Shown: one piece after another, positions 1 to 8,587 of the stretch
How positions within the stretch are numbered: the stretch's first letter is position 1
Layout of the letters: every line of letters starts with the position of its first letter
The notes under the pieces: model-generated
The model's database searches: none
What the model saw: the letters and a program-made list of their open reading frames with translations, nothing else
What the model was told of the DNA's origin: nothing
Program-made: the position numbers and the translations under genes
From: an uncultured Oscillospiraceae bacterium
GTDB lineage: Bacteria > Bacillota > Clostridia > Saccharofermentanales > UBA5734
Length of the DNA: 39,201 nt
Assembly: GCA_964549475.1 (NCBI GenBank)
Contig: CAZJXH010000001.1
Span: forward strand, 13,356 to 52,556
Direction: 5' to 3'

Positions 1-310
1 CGCTTGTAAATCTTTCACCCGCATTCAACAAGAAGATGTCAAGCTTTCCGCTTTCCTTGAGGATCCTGTTTTTAAGGGCGACGATTGATTTTTCGCTTGC
101 AGGATCATATTCGACTACCGCTGCGATAGAAAAACCTTCTTTTTTTATTTCGTCAGCCACTTTGGTCGCAGCTTTCACGTCATCAGAAGCAAGATATACT
201 TTTGCTCCCGCTTCGCTCAAAGCAGAAGCCGCCGCCTTGCCATAGGGTCCCTCTGGTATGGCCACTAGTGCTGTCTTGCCTGACAGATTGAAACTGTCAA
301 AAATCTTCAT
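1..310 (-). CDS. SDR-family oxidoreductase (3'-truncated by window edge)
   Basis: Not in the ORF track. Manual translation from ATG at 310 gives MKIFDSFNLSGKTALVAIPEGPYGKAAASALSEAGAKVYL...GKLDIFLLNAGERF, open to base 1. It has SDR-type 'LSGKTALV' and 'LDxxxxNAG' motifs, with a GGGAGG RBS at 321-326. Confidence 0.8.
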   Translation of the reverse strand, partial: MKIFDSFNLSGKTALVAIPEGPYGKAAASALSEAGAKVYLASDDVKAATKVADEIKKEGFSIAAVVEYDPASEKSIVALKNRILKESGKLDIFLLNAGERFTS

Positions 311-330
311 ATGAAATCTACCTCCCTTGA

Positions 331-1299
331 TTATTTAAGCTTTATTTCGTTCAACATAACTTTTCTGCCGCCTTCTTCACGGCTTTTGATTCCACCGATG
401 ACCATTTGCATCAGTTCCTCGGTATCTTCAAACGGCTGCGGCTCCTCTCCGGTTCTCAGCCAATTGACGAAATTGTCCATCTGCTTTTTAAATGCATAAT
501 AGGAATCTCCGTCTCCGACCACCGCATGGGAGACACTTCCGATCAGAAGAGTTGTTCCAAATGCTCCATACATGCCTGCTGACAAAGGAATCTGGATGTC
601 GCAACCGCTCTCATGGGTGATGTGGATCATGTTGCGTTCATAGGTTCCGGTGTTTTGAATCGATACGAATCCATGGCCAAGCAACGGATACATTCCTTCA
701 AGCGCATGGATACCGTAGGTCTCCCATTTTTTGCACATGGGCTGGCAGATATACATCAGCTTGCCTAATTCATAATGGTTAGTATAATAGGGTTCCATTG
801 ACTTGGAATAACGCATGGAACTGGAAGAAATGAACGGGCGGCCTTCTTCATGCCATTTAATAAATTGCTGCAAGTCTTTTTCGTTGTCAACCATTGGTTT
901 GTCAATAAACATTGGAATGCCGGCTTCAATAAACGGACGACAGCGCTCTATATGCTCATATCCAATATCTGTTGCGCAAATTACTGCGTCAACTTGGCCG
1001 ATCATGTCTTCCGGCTTGTCAACAATATTAGGAATCAGCGAGCATCTTGCGATATCCTCGGCATCTTTCCGGTCGTTGCAGCACACATGGGTGATATGAG
1101 CACCTTGGATTCCGATGGTGTTCTTGGGTTGTTTGTTGAGATACACTGGGATTCCGGCAAAAGGACAGTTATCCATGTATTCCTTGTTGAAGTCGTTATA
1201 CATGGCACTCCAGGAATAGGGGTGTCCGTTGCCTTCAGTCATACCGAGAATACCGATTTTAAGATCCTTGTCGCCTAGGGGAAACGATTTTTTGTTCAT
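331..1299 (-). CDS. Gfo/Idh/MocA-family NAD(P)-dependent oxidoreductase
   Basis: Rossmann-like N-terminus (KIGILG), 'VDAVI', 'GIPMFIDKP' and 'YGIH' motifs. ATG at 1299 is preferred over GTG at 1311 on RBS spacing. Confidence 0.8.
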   Translation of the reverse strand: MNKKSFPLGDKDLKIGILGMTEGNGHPYSWSAMYNDFNKEYMDNCPFAGIPVYLNKQPKNTIGIQGAHITHVCCNDRKDAEDIARCSLIPNIVDKPEDMIGQVDAVICATDIGYEHIERCRPFIEAGIPMFIDKPMVDNEKDLQQFIKWHEEGRPFISSSSMRYSKSMEPYYTNHYELGKLMYICQPMCKKWETYGIHALEGMYPLLGHGFVSIQNTGTYERNMIHITHESGCDIQIPLSAGMYGAFGTTLLIGSVSHAVVGDGDSYYAFKKQMDNFVNWLRTGEEPQPFEDTEELMQMVIGGIKSREEGGRKVMLNEIKLK

Positions 1300-1318
1300 A
1301 GTTTTATTCACACCTTTC

Positions 1319-2323
1319 CTATAATATTTTTGTTGAGTTGCGCACCACGAGATTGGGCTTTAATGAAATATGCTGGGAGAAGGACAACCCGTTCTTTTCT
1401 ATTCTATCTATAAGGATCCTGACAGCCATCTCGCCCATTTCGATGACAGGCGGTGCGATCGTGGTTAACGGCACCGTAAAAAAAGAGGATTCCCGTATGT
1501 TGTCAAAACTGATGATGGAGATATCTTCGGGAACACGGATGCCATGTTCATACAATGCTTTTAAAGCGCCTTGCGCCATTGTATCATAAGAGACGATGAC
1601 GGCTTCCGGAAGTGATCCTTGCGCTATCAGCTCCTGCATTCTTAAATATCCGCCCTTTTCCAGTCTTTCGCTGCCATTCTTGATGATTGTTTTATCAATC
1701 GGTATTCCGAATTTTTTCATGGCCTCTTCGTAGCCGGGCAATCGCACAATGCTTGACAGATATTCACTGATGAAACCGATTCTTTTAAATCCGCATTTTA
1801 CAAAATGTTCTATTGCAAGAGACATGGCATAGCGGTCATCGATCTCGATGACGTCGTATGCGGGCATATTCAATGATGTTTCGATAAAAACGATAGGAAC
1901 ATTGATACTTTTCTTTATTGCTTCGAATTTTTCTAAAAAAGCATCGATATTATAAAGGTCAAAAATGATACCATCCACTTTTTTCTGGACAAATAGCCGC
2001 AAATAGTGTAATTCGTTTTCAAATTTGAACCCGCTTTGTCCAATAAGAAGAGAATATCCTCTTTCCTTCAGTTTCATTTCAATGGTTCCAACGACACTGG
2101 CGTAATAATTGCAGTCGATTTCGGGAAGAATGATCCCGATGGTTTTTGCATTCTTGCCGGAAAGCACTTTTGCCGATTCATCAGGGATATAGCCTAAATC
2201 ATTGGCAATATTGATGATCTCGTTTCTTTTCGATTCACTGACTCCGCCGCTTCCGCTCAACGCTCTTGAAACAGTCGATTTATTCACTCCGGAAATTTTT
2301 GCTATTTCTTTTAATGTCGCCAT
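1319..2323 (-). CDS. LacI-family transcriptional regulator
   Basis: N-terminal HTH TLKEIAKISGVNKSTVSRAL, hinge YIPDESAKVL, C-terminal VPEDISIISFD / PLTTI. Confidence 0.95.
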   Translation of the reverse strand: MATLKEIAKISGVNKSTVSRALSGSGGVSESKRNEIINIANDLGYIPDESAKVLSGKNAKTIGIILPEIDCNYYASVVGTIEMKLKERGYSLLIGQSGFKFENELHYLRLFVQKKVDGIIFDLYNIDAFLEKFEAIKKSINVPIVFIETSLNMPAYDVIEIDDRYAMSLAIEHFVKCGFKRIGFISEYLSSIVRLPGYEEAMKKFGIPIDKTIIKNGSERLEKGGYLRMQELIAQGSLPEAVIVSYDTMAQGALKALYEHGIRVPEDISIISFDNIRESSFFTVPLTTIAPPVIEMGEMAVRILIDRIEKNGLSFSQHISLKPNLVVRNSTKIL

Positions 2324-2355
2324 GAAACACTCCTATACAAATTGTGTTTTGTTTT

Positions 2356-2406
2356 ACGCAACCGATTGCTTAATTAGTATTTTACCATAGTCAAATGCAT
2401 TGTCAA
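2356..2406 (-). promoter_or_regulatory. sigma-A promoter plus LacI-type operator for the lacI-oxidoreductase-SDR operon
   Basis: Minus strand TTGACA (2406-2401)-N16-TAAAAT (2384-2379) with extended -10 TG. Near-palindrome GCAACCGATTGC (2358-2369) with central CG lies just downstream. Confidence 0.65.
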
Positions 2407-2472
2407 TATTATTTACGACATGAATTCGCGTATAATGTCCCTTTTTTTTAATGACTTTCAATAAGTAAATAA

Positions 2473-2777
2473 CTCAACTTTCCCACCTGTGGTGGGAGCC
2501 TGAACCTTGAAAAATACATATAGAAAATGCACGATATAACTACAAAAAGCCCCTAGTTTGTGGTATAATAGAATCGCTAAAAACCAATCACACCAACGCT
2601 TGGGAGGCTTTTTATGAATTCTATTATATCAGATAATCAAGCAAATGAACAGAGGCTAAATTCCAGAATCGACAGGTTTTTCAACGAAATAAACATTTCA
2701 AGCATCATTTGTTGTTTTGTGCATGACTATATAGATTTTTCAAGGTTCATCCCGCTTTTATGGGTGGGAAAGTTGAG
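2473..2777. mobile_element. Internally deleted IS / MITE-like element (IS4-like DDE family inferred)
   Basis: Perfect 15-bp terminal inverted repeat CTCAACTTTCCCACC (2473-2487 / 2763-2777). A second 15-bp inverted block TGAACCTTGAAAAAT (2501-2515 / 2735-2749) sits at the same offset from each end. TAA flanks both sides. Confidence 0.75.
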
Positions 2778-2796
2778 TAACATATTAAAGAGATAA
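2614..2796 (+). pseudogene. Transposase N-terminal remnant
   Basis: Lies inside the inverted-repeat element, with extended -10 TGGTATAAT (2561-2569) and GGGAGG RBS (2602-2607). MNSIISDNQANEQRLNSRIDRFF resembles N-termini of clostridial IS4-like transposases (from recall). After about 30 codons the frame reads into the right inverted repeat. Confidence 0.55.
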
Positions 2797-2930
2797 GTAA
2801 ATAAGATACCAAGTCGTCACAAGACAATCACCTATAAAAACCGTCTCCGTGTCCTATGATAAAATAACGGCGAATTCAAATTTTGCCCGGACAATTCTTT
2901 TTATCTGATTATCCGACCTGATATAGAAAT

Positions 2931-2952
2931 GGGAGCTTCTTGAAAAGCTCCC
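2931..2952 (-). terminator. Putative intrinsic terminator of the GH13/GH31 operon
   Basis: GGGAGCTT-N6-AAGCTCCC hairpin about 60 bp downstream of the GH31 stop; the U-tract is weak. Confidence 0.5.
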
Positions 2953-3014
2953 AAAAGAATTTTTATTCATTTATTCATCGAGGTCCCAAGACAGATGCCG
3001 CCGAATCCCTTTCT

Positions 3015-5420
3015 CTATTGGGCAAACAGAATTTCCGAGATCGCGCCAAGCAGATTTTTTGACAGGTTCATTGTTTGCAGCTCACAGATGGTATCATCCG
3101 GATGACAAGCATTGCAAATACTGGTGTATATCTTTTCTTTCAGCTCATAGCTCATTTGCATTCCATTCAACAGATCGAAAATACGTATTTGAGGTTGATT
3201 ATCCGCCAGAACAAGCTCTTCCGGAAAACGGATGGCGATTGGACTTCCGGTGTCATATAGAGGCAAAGTCAGTATAATGGCGCGGAGTTTATCATTATAG
3301 CGTTTCGTAAAAATTACCGGGGAACCGTCAATGGTAACCGTTATGTTCTCTGTATCCGATATTCCGGTGAAAGTGACCGTGTACTGTCTTTTTGGCGGTA
3401 TCGCATCCATCGGACCCGAGTCCGGAGAAACCGTAAAAATGGTCTCGTCATTCTTGTTCCATGAAAAGTCAAATCGGGTGATCCTAAATTCATTCCGGGT
3501 ATATGCCATGCTTTCGCCGTCATCTTCATAAAGCTCAAAATGCCCGTCGGCACCGCCAAAAACATTGATTTCCATCTGTACCGGAAGCGCAGTCCCGTTT
3601 TGCCTTGCTTCCTGCTCGCCTGTCAGCGGGAGGATGGTTCCGGCTCTCGCGAGAACAGGAATTTCATGAATAGGCCGATACAAATTCATCCTGCGGTCTC
3701 CATGATAACGGAGTCCGGTAAACCAGTCAAACCAGATCCCTTCCGGCAGCCAGGCGGTGACACAGCCCAGCAGCAAAGAAGGGTCCATCGGGCGTGTGAT
3801 CGGACAGATCATCAGTTCACTGCCGAATTCGTACTGATTCGGCACTTCATATGCTTCCTCCTGCCGCGGATAATGGTAATACATCGGTTGTACAAGAAGT
3901 ACATCGTCCTGATGGCAGTGCCAGTTCATGGTGTATAGATAAGGAATCAGTTTGTGTCGCAATTGCATGAATTTTTTCATGATGCTGTGTACCGGTTCGC
4001 TGAATTTCCAGGGTTCTTTCCCATTAAATATATTGGAGGTGCTATGCAGGCGCATCACAGGAGAAAACACCCCGAATTGCAGCCAGCGCACCATGAGTTC
4101 ATTATCCTTTGCGCCTCCGGTATGCCCGCCGATGTCATGGCTCCACCAGCCATATCCGATATTGGCGGCTGTAGAGGTGAAGTACGGCTGGAATTCCAAT
4201 GATTTCCAGCTGATGATGCTGTCTCCGGAAAAGCCGATCGGATAGCGATGGCTGCCCGGACCTGCATAACGGGAAAAGATCATCGGACGGTTTTCATTTT
4301 TAGAACTGTCCAGAAAATGGAAATGATTGAGCATCCAGAGAGGGTCCGCACCGGGAATTTTTGACACACTGCCCTGCTGCCAGTCAATCCACCAGAAGTC
4401 GACTCCGTCTTTTTCCTGCGGATGATGCAGATATGAAAAATAGGCCTCCACAAATGCCGGATCGCAGAAATCAAAATGGATCGGCTGCTCCTGTCCGGGA
4501 TCCCGGCCTAATGCCTGCGTCATTGCTTCAAACATTTTTTCATGCGGCTGAACCCCTTCGGCGGGATGCAAATTCAAGGTTGTCTTGAGACGGCGGCGAT
4601 GCAGGCCATCCAGAAAGTCCTTCGGATGCGCAAAAAGTTTGTTATTCCATGTATATCCCGTCCATCCTTTTCCATATTTGGGATCAATCTCTTTGACATG
4701 CCAGTCCATATCGATCACGGCCACGGACAGGGGCACTTCTTCCGCAGCGAATTGATCCATCAATGCGTTATATTCTGAGTCATTGTAAGGATAGAAGCGG
4801 CTCCACCAGTTCCCAAGCGCATAACGGGGCAGCAGCGGTGTTTTGCCGCAAAGGTGGAAAAAGTCATGCAGGCACTGTCTGTAAGCGTATCCATATCCGA
4901 AAAAATAAATGTCCTGCACTTTTTGATTCCGCGGCTCCACCCATCCATTTTCCAGCAGAATCAGGGACAGACTGTCGTCCAGGACACCGAACCCGCCAAG
5001 CCGCGACTGCAGTCCTTCCTCCAGCGGAATCGCGCCGTCCGCCTGGTCCAGCGTGCGCGCCGTGCCCCAAAGGCTTTCCCGGACCGGTTCGGAAAAATGC
5101 CAGGTGCTGTAAATTCCGCGGCATTCACTGCGCACTTTCACTGTAAGGCCGCCGATCGAAAAGGCCTTTTTATCATAGGAAATGCTCAGCCATTCCGTAT
5201 CAATATCCAACCGGGTTTCTGTTTCATACAAACGGAAAGGCGGTGTCTCAAAATTCCGATTCAGCACAATCTGAGTGGGGCGGTCTTCAAAAATACCGTT
5301 ATCCGAATATTCCATCCGCACCAATTGGGATGTCAGGATCGTAAAACGATAGCACTTCCCTGAAACCATGCTGCCCGGACAGCTTTTCCCGTCTATATCA
5401 GGCAGTTTATCTGCTCCCAT
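3015..5420 (-). CDS. Glycoside hydrolase family 31 (alpha-glucosidase/alpha-xylosidase-like, GH31_u1-type)
   Basis: 801 aa; 'VIDMDWH', nucleophile motif 'WWIDWQQG', acid/base 'GFSGD', 'SHDIGG', 'VMRLH', 'LYEDDG'. No signal peptide. Confidence 0.92.
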   Translation of the reverse strand: MGADKLPDIDGKSCPGSMVSGKCYRFTILTSQLVRMEYSDNGIFEDRPTQIVLNRNFETPPFRLYETETRLDIDTEWLSISYDKKAFSIGGLTVKVRSECRGIYSTWHFSEPVRESLWGTARTLDQADGAIPLEEGLQSRLGGFGVLDDSLSLILLENGWVEPRNQKVQDIYFFGYGYAYRQCLHDFFHLCGKTPLLPRYALGNWWSRFYPYNDSEYNALMDQFAAEEVPLSVAVIDMDWHVKEIDPKYGKGWTGYTWNNKLFAHPKDFLDGLHRRRLKTTLNLHPAEGVQPHEKMFEAMTQALGRDPGQEQPIHFDFCDPAFVEAYFSYLHHPQEKDGVDFWWIDWQQGSVSKIPGADPLWMLNHFHFLDSSKNENRPMIFSRYAGPGSHRYPIGFSGDSIISWKSLEFQPYFTSTAANIGYGWWSHDIGGHTGGAKDNELMVRWLQFGVFSPVMRLHSTSNIFNGKEPWKFSEPVHSIMKKFMQLRHKLIPYLYTMNWHCHQDDVLLVQPMYYHYPRQEEAYEVPNQYEFGSELMICPITRPMDPSLLLGCVTAWLPEGIWFDWFTGLRYHGDRRMNLYRPIHEIPVLARAGTILPLTGEQEARQNGTALPVQMEINVFGGADGHFELYEDDGESMAYTRNEFRITRFDFSWNKNDETIFTVSPDSGPMDAIPPKRQYTVTFTGISDTENITVTIDGSPVIFTKRYNDKLRAIILTLPLYDTGSPIAIRFPEELVLADNQPQIRIFDLLNGMQMSYELKEKIYTSICNACHPDDTICELQTMNLSKNLLGAISEILFAQ

Positions 5421-5424
5421 AAAT

Positions 5425-6720
5425 TTAGCCGTCCTCCCTGACTGATTCGAAAATCACGGGATTCCCTTTGCAATTCATTTTCCCGCTTTTTACGCGCACT
5501 TCACTGCCGTCAATCCGATTGACATATACTCCGTCCGGAACATCCACAGACAACAGCGAACATTGTCCGTTTACGCTGAACACGCCGGTCCATTGCCGAT
5601 TCCCGGCACGGTGCGTGGCATACAGGATTTCATGCGGCAGCGCGTGAACCTCGTACCGGCTGTCTGTAAAAAGAGGATCCTTCTTGATTTGATACAGCTT
5701 TGCCAGCAGTCCGGACAAGTCCGCTCCTGTATTCCACCGAACCGGGTCTTTGTCAAAAAGATCGGGAAGATTGTCGTCCTCCGCCTCTTGTCCGGCATAC
5801 AGAAGCGTCATGCCCTTTTGGAAATAAATGAATGCTGTCCAGTTGAGCAGCGATGTTTCGTCCGGAATCAGGAATTTCGCACGTGCATTGTCATGGTTTT
5901 CAAGATAGCGGAGCTTCACATAATTATCGGGATAAATGGATTCCTGCTGATTCACTTTTTCCGCATAATCCGCCAGGGAATACCGACCCTCGAGATAGCC
6001 TTTGAAATAATCAAAAATATCATATTCATAGCACACATCAAACGCTTGAAAAATTTCAGAGTCCGACAGGCTGACCATTCCGCGGGCACGGTTGTCTATT
6101 GTAAAAACCGGCTCGACGGATTCACTGAGCCAGAAGCAGCCGGGACGCACGCTTTCCACTTCCTGCCTTGCCCTCAGCCAGAAATCCAGCGGAACCAGAG
6201 GCGCGACATCGCATCGAAATCCGTCAACGATTCCGGCCCATTGCTTCAATGTGTCAATCTGATATTCCCATAATCCCGGCTGGGTATAATCCAGATCGAT
6301 CACATCAAGCCATGCGCCCACCTTGTTGCCAAACGAGCCGTCCTTCCTATGGTAAAACCACTCCGGGTGGTGCTGTGCCAGCCAGGAATCCGGGGCGGTA
6401 TGATTATATACCACATCAATAATGCATTTCATGCCGCGTGCATGGATCGCGTCCACCAACGAAATAAAATCCTCCAGTGAGCCATTCTCCGGATTGATTG
6501 TACGGAAGTCCGAAATGGCATACGGACTGCCCAGCCTTCCCTGACGGGCGGTTTTTCCGATCGGATGCACCGGAAGAAGCCAGATGATGTCGACGCCAAT
6601 CTTTTGAATACGATCCAGATCTTTCCGGACAGAATCGAAGCTTCCATCCTTGCTGTAATTCCGTACAAAAACAGAGTACATCACGAGATTGCGATATTTT
6701 TTACTGGTGTTATTTGCCAT
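5425..6720 (-). CDS. GH13 alpha-amylase-family hydrolase (cytoplasmic, maltogenic-amylase-like)
   Basis: GH13 conserved regions DVVYNH, GFRCDVA (nucleophile), WLSES (acid/base), YLENHD. No signal peptide. Confidence 0.92.
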   Translation of the reverse strand: MANNTSKKYRNLVMYSVFVRNYSKDGSFDSVRKDLDRIQKIGVDIIWLLPVHPIGKTARQGRLGSPYAISDFRTINPENGSLEDFISLVDAIHARGMKCIIDVVYNHTAPDSWLAQHHPEWFYHRKDGSFGNKVGAWLDVIDLDYTQPGLWEYQIDTLKQWAGIVDGFRCDVAPLVPLDFWLRARQEVESVRPGCFWLSESVEPVFTIDNRARGMVSLSDSEIFQAFDVCYEYDIFDYFKGYLEGRYSLADYAEKVNQQESIYPDNYVKLRYLENHDNARAKFLIPDETSLLNWTAFIYFQKGMTLLYAGQEAEDDNLPDLFDKDPVRWNTGADLSGLLAKLYQIKKDPLFTDSRYEVHALPHEILYATHRAGNRQWTGVFSVNGQCSLLSVDVPDGVYVNRIDGSEVRVKSGKMNCKGNPVIFESVREDG

Positions 6721-6755
6721 ATTTCTTTCACTCCTGTATGTTATTTAAACTTGGA

Positions 6756-7577
6756 TCATCCTTTGATGGCTGAAGAGGAAACGCCCTCGATAAACCGTTT
6801 TTGGAAAATGATATAAAAAACCACAATCGGGATGATCGCAACGCTCGTAGCGGCAAAAAGCCCCGCATAATCGGTGGAATAACGTCCGTTGAAAAGGTTC
6901 AGCGCAACAGACAGCAATTGTTTCTCGCCTGTGCGGATCATCAGGTACGGCCACAGATAATCGTCCCACGCCCATAAAAACTGAAAAATCGCAATGCTGA
7001 CAATGGAGTTTCGCAGGAGGGGAAACACAATCCGGTGAAAAATGTAAATTTCACTGCCGCCGTCGATGCGAGCGGCCTCCAGCATTTCGTCCGGGATAGA
7101 GAAACAGGCCTGCCGCATCATGAAAATCCCGAATGCGGTAAAGGCGCTGGGGATAATGAGGGCTTTATAGGTGTCAATCCAGCCGAAAGCCTGCATGATG
7201 CTGTACCGCGGAATGATCGTGACCACACCGGGAACCATCATCGTAAGCAAAATGCAGGTGAACAGGACTTCTCTCATTTTAAATTTGTATTTACCCAGGA
7301 CAAATCCGGATATGGTGCTTGTATAGATGGTAATAACCGTAATCATCAGCGTGTAAATCAAACTGTTGATAAAATATTGTAAAAAATTGAATTTTTCCAA
7401 TACATTGGAAAAATTCTGCCAGGTGAATTGTTGCGGCAGAAAATGCTGCACCTGCGCATTGATTTCAACATTTGTCTTAAAAGCGGAACTCAGCATCCAG
7501 ATAAACGGCAGGATGGTCGCCACACTGCAAAGAATCAGAATCCCGTTCAGAATCAGCGAGCTGATTTTTTGTCTCAT
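6756..7577 (-). CDS. Carbohydrate ABC transporter permease (MalG-like)
   Basis: EAARIDGG loop and multiple TM segments. Start reassigned to ATG 7577 (MRQKISS) behind AGGAGG; the ORF-track extension to 7913 overlaps the upstream permease. Confidence 0.92.
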   Translation of the reverse strand: MRQKISSLILNGILILCSVATILPFIWMLSSAFKTNVEINAQVQHFLPQQFTWQNFSNVLEKFNFLQYFINSLIYTLMITVITIYTSTISGFVLGKYKFKMREVLFTCILLTMMVPGVVTIIPRYSIMQAFGWIDTYKALIIPSAFTAFGIFMMRQACFSIPDEMLEAARIDGGSEIYIFHRIVFPLLRNSIVSIAIFQFLWAWDDYLWPYLMIRTGEKQLLSVALNLFNGRYSTDYAGLFAATSVAIIPIVVFYIIFQKRFIEGVSSSAIKG

Positions 7578-7591
7578 CTGTGCGCCTCCTT

Positions 7592-8485
7592 TCAAGAGAC
7601 ATTGCTGCTGCCGGATACTTTGAACGAAACTCCGGTCAGAACAGCAATGATAAGGAATAATACGAAGGAAAGTGCGGAGGCATAGCCGAAATTGTATTTC
7701 ACAAATGCCTCGTTGTAGATGAGATACGACGCAAGATAGGTCTGCGTGCCGGGACCGCCTTTTGTCAGCACCATAACCGGTATATAGGTCTGAAAATAAG
7801 AAATCAATGAAGTGATGACGATGAATAATATCGTTGGTTTCATCAGGGGCAAGGTAAGCTTTCGGAAACGCTGCCAGGCGTTCGCCCCGTCGATTTCCGC
7901 CGATTCGTAGCAATCCTTCGACAGGGAATACATTCCGCCCAGCAGAATGATCACCGCAAAACCAAAATCTTTCCAGATCGTAAGGATCAATATGGCGATC
8001 ATGGCGTAACGATCATCAAAGAGCCAGTTGATATTTGTCCGGAGAATCTTGTCCAGCAGACCGATTTGCGGATCAAAAATGAATTTCCAGACAAATGCCA
8101 CCGCCACCATCGGGGTGATGGTCGGCAGATAGTACAGGATCCGGTAGAGGGATTTGCGCTTTATCAACCTGGAGTAAAGCGCATTGGAAAGGGCAAGACC
8201 CAGGACGATCCTGAAAGCAGTCGCCACGGCGGCAAACAGAATCGTATTTCCCATCGAACGCCAGAACAGTTCGCTGGAAAACACATTTCCCCAATTTTCC
8301 AGCCCACGGAATTTAAACTCTACTTTCAACGGATTCCATTGATAGAAACTGCCAACCAGCGCCATGATAATCGGAATGACAAAAAATACAAGGAAAAATA
8401 CGATCAGCGAAAAAACGACAAGGTTGCGAAGAACAGTCTCATTTCGGCTGTGCAGAGGATTATGGGCTTTACTGCGATGATTCAT
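7592..8485 (-). CDS. Carbohydrate ABC transporter permease (MalF-like)
   Basis: ESAEIDGA loop, 'GLENW', 'TKGGP', 'FGYASA'. Confidence 0.92.
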   Translation of the reverse strand: MNHRSKAHNPLHSRNETVLRNLVVFSLIVFFLVFFVIPIIMALVGSFYQWNPLKVEFKFRGLENWGNVFSSELFWRSMGNTILFAAVATAFRIVLGLALSNALYSRLIKRKSLYRILYYLPTITPMVAVAFVWKFIFDPQIGLLDKILRTNINWLFDDRYAMIAILILTIWKDFGFAVIILLGGMYSLSKDCYESAEIDGANAWQRFRKLTLPLMKPTILFIVITSLISYFQTYIPVMVLTKGGPGTQTYLASYLIYNEAFVKYNFGYASALSFVLFLIIAVLTGVSFKVSGSSNVS

Positions 8486-8512
8486 TGTTGATTGCTCCTT
8501 TTCAGCCGTTTA

Positions 8513-8562
8513 CCGCAATGCCGGCAGGCAGCAGGCAGATTTCGCGCCTGCCGGTATTATGG
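8513..8562 (-). other. Intercistronic stem-loop after the solute-binding protein gene
   Basis: AATGCCGGCAGGC (8517-8529) pairs with GCCTGCCGGTATT (8546-8558); no U-tract. Confidence 0.55.
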
Positions 8563-8587
8563 CCAGGGGAAGAAAAATTGGATCTGC

